Assembly (NCBI GenBank): GCA_030141605.1
Contig: JAQGDQ010000165.1
Span: 1-64,000, forward strand
Length of the DNA stretch: 64,000 nt
Source: Tubiluchus corallicola
Taxonomy: Eukaryota; Animalia; Priapulida
Reading direction: 5' to 3'
Below the pieces are notes generated by a model, which was given only the letters and a program-made list of their open reading frames with translations, was not told the origin of the DNA and did not search any database. Positions 53,326-64,000 of this stretch are shown piece after piece (positions within the stretch are counted from its first letter, which is position 1; every line of letters begins with the position of its first letter). The position numbers and the translations under genes were made by a program.

Positions 53326-55259
53326 CTATACTCTCTGGTGTAATGATATTAGTTACTTTAGCCCGTCATTCCCCTGATATGGATTTTTAATATTATGAAC
53401 CACCCGTAGATTTCTAAGACTAGGAAGTCCCGCAAAACAGTTAATGTTTGAAGGTCGGACAAGCCAGGTTCCTACTTATAACTTCCTAGCTATACGTCGT
53501 AGAATGGAATTAGAAACCTCTTTGGTGCCGGATCGTGTGAACACGGCTTTACCTGGACAGACTAGATTCAGATAAGAACGTGCGTGCTGGCACGTTGATT
53601 AATATCTTTGCCGAGGCATCAACCTCACTAAAGCGGATTCTCTAATTATACCTTTATTATTCAACTCGGAAGCACAAATGATGCATAAGCATGCCTGCTG
53701 CAATCTAAGCGTAAGATATTAAAATCAATCTTCTGCATTTTTATTATAAGCTTTCCTACTACATGGTTCAGTGACCGTTACTAAACGATCAGGCTGCTAA
53801 TAGATTGTACCGTCTTGCTTGTTTTCCAATAATCCTCGCTCGTGAAGCGAGCCGTGATTGCGATGCTGTTATTATGGTTTCAGTTTTGCAGAAAAAGTAA
53901 TTTTACGAAAAGGCTTTATCAAACCGCGAAGAGTTTCAAAATTACTTTAACAGTAAGTAACTTTCACAACTCGTTTGGACCTTTGGGTAATAACAGACCC
54001 GGGAAAGGGCAACTCTCCCCCACCCACATTTGTGGACACACAAATGTTGAAGGAAAATCGGACCCAATTTTAAAGTACACCCTAAAACGATCTACCCTGT
54101 AAAATATTGATAGAAAACGTACTAATTGTTAAGAATGACTTACGTGAAAGAATTATTACCACAGAATGGTAATTTTGCGTTTAAATTCAATTCAATTCAA
54201 GTTTATCTATTGCATCATGCAATTCAATAGAAGGTTTTCTTAAATATGTTTAGGTCGTCATAGAAAATAAACAGAAAGAGGCGAGAAGGTGAAAGGTCCT
54301 CAGGTCACTTGGCAACACCCCTTAGCAATCACTAAGTTCGATGAATGTTTGGAGAGAGACATATTGCTTTTTTATAAAAAGGTACATTTGCTCACATGGG
54401 AATTCAATTATTCAAGTATCAGTATGAATTATCAATTTATGAACTAAGTAATGGTAGCAAAGCTTGTAGTAACAAAACATTAAGGGATTTATGAATGGCT
54501 GACTCTAAGATTTCAAGATTATGTTTTTCAGTGTGCAGCCTGCACCTCAACTTCAACATGGATTATCTCAGCTTAGAAATAACATAGAGTGATGAGTTTG
54601 GTACCAAAATGATCCCTTATGAAATGGACATTCGGGATATGTGAATAACTAGAAAAGCTTGATTGCCGACTTATGGACGATTTTGCTATGCATTTATGGT
54701 TTTTGATTTTAGCACATTAACGAACCTCAAGCAATTTTTCATTTTATTTGCTTTCAGTTGGTTGTGTAGTAAACAGACCTTCTCTTTGCTGTGTCGCTGT
54801 TTTGCGTGTGATCATCTACAATGTCTCTTACTGCTAGGAAGTTGTCTTTTGGAAATACGCCAATGAGAACAGCTACTAAGTGAGTAATAGTTATCAATGG
54901 CACAAATAATTATCTACATACTAAAAAAACTTGTTTATTTTAGGAATGGCTGTGTAAAGCAATAAAAATCGTCAGCGTCTATTCCATGATGGCGTCCATC
55001 TTCTGGACCTTTGTCGAGGGTCTCTTCTTGCATAATCGCATTGCTGTCGCTGTTTTCCAGACAGAGGCGCCCTTTCTTCTCTTTTACTTCATTGGTTGGG
55101 TCAATTTCAAAGCAATAATTCATAATGTAATGAAGTAATAATTAAAAAAACTAAAAAATGCAGCAAAACATAAAAGCTGTTAAAGATATGGCAGTCAGCA
55201 AAAGTGTGATAAGGCAGAAAGTTCGTGAGTTACCGTACTGCAAAATAAGTACGCAAAGT

Positions 55260-55348
55260 AAGCAGCAACAGCAGCAACTACAACAACAGCAACAACAGTA
55301 GCAGCAGTAGCAGTAGCAGCAGCAGCAGCAGCAACAACAGCAACAACA

Positions 55349-55384
<36 letters not shown>

Positions 55385-55450
55385 GCAACAACAACAACAA
55401 CAGCAACAACAACATCAACTACTACGATCTTTCGTACTATCACTACAACC
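55260..55450. repeat. CAG/CAA trinucleotide tract
   Basis: Directly visible. Confidence 0.9.
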
Positions 55451-58261
55451 CGCCAGGGCATGAACACGACATTCAACTACTACCATTCAGTATCGTTACC
55501 ACTAAGCATCATTACGACTCCACTGCTTACTATGGTGACACTACCGCCACAAAAAGCAGTAACGATTAACTGCAGGAAAACATGGGACATTAAAATTCAA
55601 ATCGCGAAAGCCTTTAGGCAACTCAGCAGTCTACTTATGCGTAAATTACAGCAGGTACTTTCACTAAATATTCTTTTGACTAAATAAACCCTGAACTTGG
55701 AACACCAGATTATTATCAAATGATCAGGCAAATAATAACTATTATGACTGCATGAGGCGTGCTTGCTGTCAGCACAAGAACTTGTTAGTGGTCACTCCGC
55801 ATCATATCTTGTACTTTCAATAGCAAGGCCACCCGCTTGTATGACAAGTTGTGGTAACAATCTGGCTGTTTATGGCTGTAAAATTCAAGTGTGTGTTGTA
55901 GCAATGCATGGTCAAGGTTTTCCTTTCTTACTTCCGTGACCACATTATCTCAAGGGTCAGTGTTGATTATGTTCAACTGACAGAATGCATTAATACAAGA
56001 GGTTTTTAATGGGTCTGGGCCATGCATATACAACTGGTATACATATTGTATTAGCTTGAAAAAGAATTAGACATATCAATATCGCGAACATCAAAGAATT
56101 TCCCAGAAATGAGAAATTTTACCATTTATTTGAAACGCATAATATAATTCTATAACTAATTACATATTCATTTGAAGAACAAAATTGTAAATTTCTGGAA
56201 ACCACTGAAAACTTAGGGTACAACTACTGCATCACTGTAGCAACAACAGATAAACAATTGAAAAGTACTAAAAAAATCTGTTCTCGGGTACTAACTATAA
56301 TTCTTAAAGCAGATACGTCTGGAACACACTTATTGGGTAGATTATGAAACGATCAAATAGAATTTGTTTAACTGTTTTTTTTTCAATTTACTTAAATTAA
56401 ACATTTTAATTCGTCAGGAATGTTCAACCAGTATTTTACAGCATTATGTTTAGTTGTTTGATGAAAAATATTATTCGAGTGCCGTGGCATAAAATAATTA
56501 ATAGATGCTAGTCTGGTACAGTAATCATGAGTATGGTGAACTGGAGGAAAATTTTTAACATAGAGGCTTATCTACTGAAACTAAATGAGCTTGTTTGCTG
56601 TAGTGTGAGGAAAAACAATTTATACGATTAGCAAATGTGAAAGGGCCAGCTACTGTAAGATTCAATACAATTTTATTTATAGTAGCAACAATAGTTTCAG
56701 TTTAGAACCGTTATGTAACTGAAGAAAGACCTAAAACAATCTTTATTAATATTATCACAAAAAATAATCAAATGGCCTAAAAAGGCTCCAGAAATAGCGA
56801 AGTCGGGTTTTAATCTGGAACTGATTTCACTATTCCTGTAGCGAGTTTCGGTCTTTCGAAATTTTTTGTGATAATTTTACTAAAAGTTATTTTCGCTTTA
56901 TTTTCAGTTTAAAAATGGTTGGAAATTAAAACAATCATCACTGTTGTAAATAAAAGCGCATTGATTAATAAATGTCTTATTAAGAATTGCCTTTTTATCG
57001 ATTTCCGCTCTCTGCAAGACACGTTCTGACATTCAACAAAAGGGACATTGTGCATTACTTTGTGAGAGCAGCCTAACATTTTTTTCAGTTTTGTAGGTAG
57101 TGCTGCCAAGGTTAGAATACAGGCTTTGTGGCTAGCTCGTACCTTTGTGTTTTATTCTTTGCCAAATTTTTCTTTTAGGCAGTGCTAGGAAGTGCGGAGC
57201 CCAATTAGAAAATTGTTATTGGGGCCCTCTACCCTTCGGAAGCTGAAGACTTTATCTTTTATGCCACATGTAGTATGCCAGTTTTTGCCAAAAGCGTTGA
57301 GAGTTTGAGATTCAAGTAGTAGTCACAATGATGTATAAAAATTGAAAAGTAATTATTATTAGTAATTTATTACAATTAAAGATAGCTACTGGCATACTGT
57401 TTGTGCATACATCTTCTAAAATCTTTATTTTTCAGGCATTTTTACCCAAGAAATTTTTCAAAATCATTTCAAACTTAGTGCTTTTGTAATGTCATTTTCT
57501 ATACATAGCATCGCCAAATTTTTTTTAGTCGCTCTTGTGAAATTGTTGACCGGTCTCTCTTGTGAAATTGTTGACAGGTATGTTTCAATCTGTGTTTTTG
57601 GGTTTGAGTATTGTCCACAAATTGGTAAAATTAAAATCTAGTGATGATCTAACTAATGCGTCGCCAGTTGTTTTACTTTAAAATGCCGACGATAAACTGA
57701 AATTTAAAATAAATAAACTAACGATCAGCATCCTCCGCTCGAGTTTGTGCGCGGGGCTCAGTTTGAACAAATCTGTGTAATTGGCTTAAAAACCGGCTCT
57801 GCGTTTAGGAACGCTTGAGAGAGAATTAATGTAGTGCCAGTGAGAGGGAATTAACGAAAGGGAAAGACAGTTTCCTCTTTTACAGTAGCATGCCATTCAA
57901 GCGAACACTCAGTAGCACTTGCTGCAGCCTCCCATCATGTTTTATTCGCTGAATTGTATTACAGTTTATTTGTAAGTCTGTACATATTAAAATTTGTATA
58001 CAACTTCGAATGTATATACTGTAGACATATTCTATTTTACTTAAATTTGTAGCCTACACACAAAAATTGAAAAATTATCTCTAAATTATTAAAGACTTAT
58101 AAAAGCTTTGTTTATCAATTAGCTTGCTACTACTAAGCTAATTAGAAAAAACCCTTTTTGCAATTACTGACACAAAATTCAAACACTATATCATAATCGG
58201 TTTGTGCTAAATCTGAACCGTTGAAATGTGGGCTCCATAAATTGAAAAATAAAGATATAAC

Positions 58262-58505
58262 GTGTCCGCTTTTCGTCTGAAAGGTCGTGAGTTCGATACA
58301 GCGACGTATAACAGTGTAAAACAAAAACGTTAAAAATGGTACCTATTGTTGCCCTGTCTGGGCGAGTGATATTTAGGGTAAAAATGGGGTAATAATAGTC
58401 TCTGTTATGTATTGTAGATTGTTATTTACAGTCGGCAAAAATCTCTTTGAGGTTATGTTAATTCTTCATCCAAAAAGCCAACTTTAAATAAAGGTTATTA
58501 TTATT
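58262..58505 (+). mobile_element. tRNA-derived SINE
   Basis: GGTCGTGAGTTCGATAC B box, TAAAAATGGTACCTATTGTTGCCCTG core and TTATTATTA tail. Confidence 0.8.
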
Positions 58506-59365
58506 CTTTTACATAACAAAGCATCGACCACTCAAGAAACGGAAGTAAAAACCGGAAGTAAACGTTTCACAGATTTCGTTTTTGGGAACAACTGAAAGTC
58601 AAGCGAGTGAAATTCAAATTTAAACCTGCTTTAAAAGCCTTGATCACCTTGACAACCAATTAGCGTCAAGTTTACTGGCTTTTACCATGTTACCTTGGCA
58701 TTCAGAACATCAATTATAATTTTTGACAAGCCAATGTGAGGAAAATCACGCACTAGTATTGTGCAAAATCTGAATTAATTTATCAAAATCAACAGGTCAG
58801 GTCTAATTACTAACGATTATGTCACTATTGTCATTATCACAGGAAATTATTCAAATTATTCTGAATGTGTGTTGAAGAAATGAGATGACAGCGCCTGCGC
58901 AGTGACGGAGGTCATTTAGTCCTAGAGAATAGGTATTCTCTTTCCAAGGTTTTTACAGTACAACAAAAAACAATGTATTTTTTTACATTACGCTGTTCAT
59001 TTGCACATCTTCATGCATGAATAATGATTGTTCAGAGAATATTTCAACAAAAGATAGTTTATTACTCAAAATAAATTCAAAAAACATTCACAATTTGATG
59101 TGCTCATTGTAAAAACAAAGTTCTATTCTAAAAACAATTTTTCATTAATTCTAAAAACAATTTTTCATTAATACATGTCCAGGAAAATCAAAATATCTCA
59201 AAATGGACATCAAATTCACAGATATACTTCAAAATGTCGCTGATCTTCCATTTTAGTGGGGTGGTAACAATGTTAACTTAACAGCACGACTATAAGAAAA
59301 TTCCTCCTTGTGTTTTTGTCGCATATGAAATTAAATAATTAACGCAGCGTTAAATTGGTTTTAAG

Positions 59366-59836
59366 CAGAGGCGTAGTCAGGTTCTAAAGTTAGGGGAGCA
59401 AGCACATAAAAAGGCGCCATGGCTACACCAAACATTTTTAACACATTGACTATACATGTTCATTTTGTGTTTAAAATCAAAACACGAAGAAGATATAGTT
59501 TTAAAGGAAGTACCTAACTATTATTTTGCATAACAAATACAAAATAATACGTATAATAAACACAAGTACACTGAAACTTGCCTTTGCAAAATATAATTGA
59601 CTGTAGGCCTACGTGTAGATAATCGTTTGACAAGAATATATTATAATAATTAGTCTTGAGGCAATTTGATCCTTGGTTCAATCAGTCAACCTTGGCAAAT
59701 AAGTTGCGTAAATGCACACTCGTTTCAAAAACACGGGAGGCAAGTTAGTCAAATAAAGTAATGACTCCATTGTTGAAAAGCCACAAATTTGCTCTAGGGG
59801 AGCTGTTGCTCCGGACCCCAACTAGCTACGCCACTG
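59366..59836. mobile_element. hAT-like MITE
   Basis: CAGAGGCGTAG ... CTACGCCACTG TIR. Confidence 0.65.
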
Positions 59837-60473
59837 CATATAAGTTCGTAAAAAACAATATGATAGTTTCATAATAAAGCGTTTCATTAACATTGAAATC
59901 TGCCAGATGGTCGCTCTGTAGAAAGCCAACATCTTGGTCATATTTGGCTTGGAGCAATTTCGCTCTGCCCAAAGGTCAGCTTCTTGGTCATACTTGGCTT
60001 GGAGCAGTTACATATAGTTCCTCTGTTACCTTTATGTTTGTTCAAAGGCGGTGGCAGATTATAAATAAGCAGTTTTATGGCGAATTTTGTAGGTTTTGAG
60101 TAGTATTAAAGTAACACGCCTCTCATGGTTGATATTATTTTGCCAGGTCATTAAAAGGAAAACGGTACCTAATTTTAAACAATATGCAGCGTGGTCTCAG
60201 CCGTGCATATTTAGATGGGTTAGAGCGCCTGCTTCTGGGAAAAGTGTTGCGTAAGAAACACGTCAGCAGATCACATCCCATTCACGACAGTTTAGCAAAA
60301 TTCACGCGTCATCGAAGCGAGGAACTTGAAATTTGCAATTTTGAATTCAAAACTAGCGAAGTTTTTTTATGATTCCATTTGTTAGTGCCATATAGCAGCA
60401 GATTATTTCAATGTTCGTTTTCAGCTTTTCGCGAACAAGTGCAAAATAATAATGGAAGGTTCATATCGTTCAT

Positions 60474-60504
<31 letters not shown>

Positions 60505-60505
60505 C

Positions 60506-60892
60506 CAGGGCTGCGGAGTCGGTACATTAAACTCCTGACTCTGGCTCCGACTCCTAGAATTCTAGAAGATCCAACTCTGACTCCTAAAATTTTAGGAGCC
60601 CCAACTTTTACTCCTGCCTTTAAGTAATAGTTTGTAGTACTCTCGACATTTAGCTAAAGTGGCATTTCATCACTACTTCTTACGATCGAAGAACAGTCTA
60701 GCTGCGTAGACTCCAATACGAAGCGTTGCAAAATGGAAAAGTATTGCATAAATGTGTTAAAAGTAACTGGAGTTCGTCGATTTTTTACTGACTTCAACAC
60801 CGACTCCTTTAACAATAAGTGTACTCCCGAGTCCTGACTCTGATTCCCAAACCCTAAGTTTTAACAACTCCGACTCCGACGCCACAGCCCTG
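60506..60892. mobile_element. hAT-like MITE with GACTCC subterminal repeats
   Basis: CAGGGCTGCGGAGTCGG ... CCGACGCCACAGCCCTG TIR. Flanks TATATACC / ATTTTACC. Confidence 0.75.
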
Positions 60893-61394
60893 ATTTTACC
60901 CGTCGCGGCAAGATCCATATGTAATAACTTGTAGTTTTGTTCATGCGTGCGTTTACCAAACTTTACTATGAACAGGTTTCAAGTTTTTTTAAAGGTACTT
61001 AATTTTCCGCTTCGTACAAGCCCATCTTCGGCCTGTGCGCCAGGCGCAGCTATTTGCATCAATAGATCAGATCAGACCATCAACAATTTTGTCATTTCTT
61101 CTAGCAATTTTACTGTGGTGAGCTATACAAAAGTAGCTATGTCGTTTCTACGCAAATTCTGTGTGAGTTTGTTGCGTTCAGGAATTTTTTGCTGTGTGCG
61201 ATTATTACTAGAAAGTTGTACGCAATGGTGACGGCATTGTTAGTTTTTTGAGCTTTTCTTTACTAACCGCGCTCATCGGCTATTAATTAGCTAAGTCCCT
61301 AAACTAACATAAAGCTTTGAACCATTTCAATATGAGTCATCGAAACAACCACATAGGCAACTTGGATGATACTAACTCGATTTTAAAATTTCAC

Positions 61395-61802
61395 GTTCGC
61401 GCTGCTTCATGCATTTCGCCATTCAATAATTAGACGGGCACTACCGCTTGCATTTTGGAGAGTTGCACAAAAACAGGTGCTGTACCTCTCAGCTCAGAAG
61501 TTTTAGTTTGTGACGAACTGCACACGTTTGACAGCACATGCGTGAGCACAGCGGTAAATTTGAATTTTTATCTTAAAACTGGCCCAGTTTTAGTACAACA
61601 CGCTCGTGGAATATTTTTCTTGATGAAAATTATGTTAGTTTGTGATGCCATCAATAATAGGCTCGCCCGCCGTTAATTAAGTTTTTAATCTATTGTTTAA
61701 CAATCGGAAACCCTTTTGCGGTATTAATTGTGTTAAAATGTCTACTTTTTACCGGACTCGAAAATGGGGTAGTATATGAAAAATCATCCTAGTTTCCTTT
61801 AA
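61395..61802 (-). mobile_element. Kolobok-like MITE family 1 copy (inverted)
   Basis: Reverse complement of 17580-18060. Ends GTTTCCTTTAA. Confidence 0.75.
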
Positions 61803-64000
61803 TACTGTACAAACAGTAGCAAACACAGGCAATACAGTTTACTGCTTACTCATTATAAATCACTATGATTATACTGTAGTAATTCAATTCTAATGAAATT
61901 ACTTTTAACATTGAATAATCTTTTCGGGTTACTTTCTATGACATTTCAGACTCGAGCGAGGACGAACAGGTTCTCTTTCATACCGCTATAGTACTTATAT
62001 ATCTACTGTATAGGCACTCTACATGCCACGATCTCTTTCCGCCATCTGCTGGTAAATTTAGAAAACAAAAGTTGGGTTTAAATTGAAGTTGTTCAAAGGA
62101 ATAACTTCTGGTTCATTAAAGGAGAACCAAACGATTTTTCGTCTTAGCTCTATTTTGAAGTACGCTAAAAAGTATATATTTTAATACTTACATTAAAACC
62201 AAAGTGTTTCTGTTAATTAAATATTAGCTTAAAAATTTAATTAACAGCCAGCAAATGTAGCAAACTTGACGTCAGAAATAAAGATATTCGTTGCAAGCGT
62301 TGCAAAGTGTTTGGAATTGCGAAAGTGAAAATTGAAATACAATGTTACTGTAAAACATTTACTATAATACACAAAAACTTGGCAAATTTATGTTTAAAAA
62401 CAAAGGTTATCACTGTGTCACTGTGCTATTTCACAAGTGTGTGAGACGTCAGAAACGAACTGTGAGGTACAGCACCTATTTTTTGTGCAACACTGTTCTG
62501 AGATGTAGGAACTGTGAAAAGGCTGATTGGTAAGTTATCATTGTAACAAAAATATGCAAGACTTCTCGTTGATTTTATATTCTTAGTGCACTGCAGCATA
62601 TATACAACAATTTCTTATTTAAACAAGTCAACAATTTTTAAATACATATTTCTACATCAACTGCTTACTCCCACTTAAAAAGCACGTGACAAGTATTCTA
62701 CAGTATAAAATTTCATAAATAATAAAACTGTTAGTTTGGATACACTTATTTTATGCCACAATTTAAATAGAAATTTTGTACAAAAATTTTGAAATAAATC
62801 ATATTCAGTTTAGGTTTAAATAAAACCAAGAATACAATGTTACAGAAAAATCTATTGAGGTACACACAGTGGCTTCTTTTGTTGTTATAAAAACCATAGT
62901 CATGCAAAATTGCCTAAAGACACTAATAGCTCCTATTACTTTTGCAGTCAATAATTTAGCAATAGCAAAAAACGTCCACTTACAACTGACAAATACTAAA
63001 AGCCATATTTGGTACACTTTACTTTGAACTCTTGCAAAAAATAATTATACCTTACATCTTATATCAAAAAATATTCGTAGATAATCTAAAGAGAAACATA
63101 TTGACATACAGAAAGCGCGGGGAAAATTTGCCAAAAAATTCAAATGACCTTATGGTCTTAAATCAAACAAAAAAGTGGATTATAATGAATTACTATCAGC
63201 CTAGGCCAGGAATCAAGAAGCTTAACTGTATTTTAGTTGTTAATGCTTATGGTCCTGAAGGAGCTAAACATGATATCCAAATGGAAATAATTTTACCATT
63301 CCAAGTGGATTGTTTATTCATTTGCCTGTATTTTACAACCAGTACTAATATTTTATAATTTTGTATTTTTGGCTTTCTTCTTTTAATGTCTGATGGGATA
63401 AGTAGCTTAAAAGTATGTGCACAGAGATTTCCAAATCAACTTTCTGGCTCGGTAAGTATAAAGTTTGAATTATGTCCTAAATATTTGTAAAAATTTGTAC
63501 CTAAATTTAAATTTTGACTCTAGAATTTATTAGTTTAATACGTCCTTTTGCTGTTCATATCTGAGCATTTTCAGTCACTTGTTTTAGTTTAGTTTATTTA
63601 TTTCCAAAATGCTGTTATATAATGCATTGTTACAGAAATTACAATACAGGCTATTGCTGCTAGAAACAAAATAAAAATTAAAGTGTCACCAGATATTGAG
63701 ATAATTTTATTGGCTCAGGCCAAAAAGATAAACTTGTAGAGGCTTAAACAGAAGGCAAAATGTAAAGACAAGAAGTAGAATGTGCGAAATAAAATAAACA
63801 AGGAGAATGAAGTATCAGGTTGATAATGAGGGTAAGAAATTGACAATGAAAAGTGAATGAGATGATGATGAAAATGAAGATTATTAGATTCACATGAGAA
63901 TCCAAAATAAAGCAGATCAATCAGCTGAGATTAATCAATGACTGCAGAAATTAGTACAGAGTTATGCCAGGAGTGTACTTTCTATGCTCTTTGGTTAATA

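Noticed and set aside
54935-55123. Isolated 62-aa minus-strand ORF
   Set aside because: No recognisable motif and no convincing splice partners.

Overview
AT-rich eukaryotic (animal) genomic DNA with GT-AG introns, dense MITE/SINE/LINE debris and long microsatellites. It is probably from a marine invertebrate such as a tunicate, but that is inference only. Four intact protein-coding genes can be reconstructed, as two paralog pairs. (1) Two tandem + strand, 4-exon genes (CDS 13335-15506, 192 aa; 21482-24397, 182 aa), which the ORF track shows only in fragments. They encode signal peptide + Cys-containing prodomain + Arg + a C-terminal Spaetzle/neurotrophin-type cystine knot. (2) Two intronless - strand genes (31816-32751; 47337-48299). 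They encode a lone arrestin N-terminal (alpha-arrestin-like) domain followed by a conserved unnamed motif, a Ser cluster and a DSGF (beta-TrCP-degron-like) motif, with no arrestin C domain and no PPxY. The rest is TTAA-flanked (Kolobok-like), Harbinger-like and hAT-like MITEs, tRNA- and 5S-derived SINE relics, decayed CR1/L2-type LINE pieces, and mini/microsatellites. A possible decayed Zn-knuckle (USP-like?) gene lies near 28-29.7 kb. No CRISPR, rRNA or intact tRNA was found.
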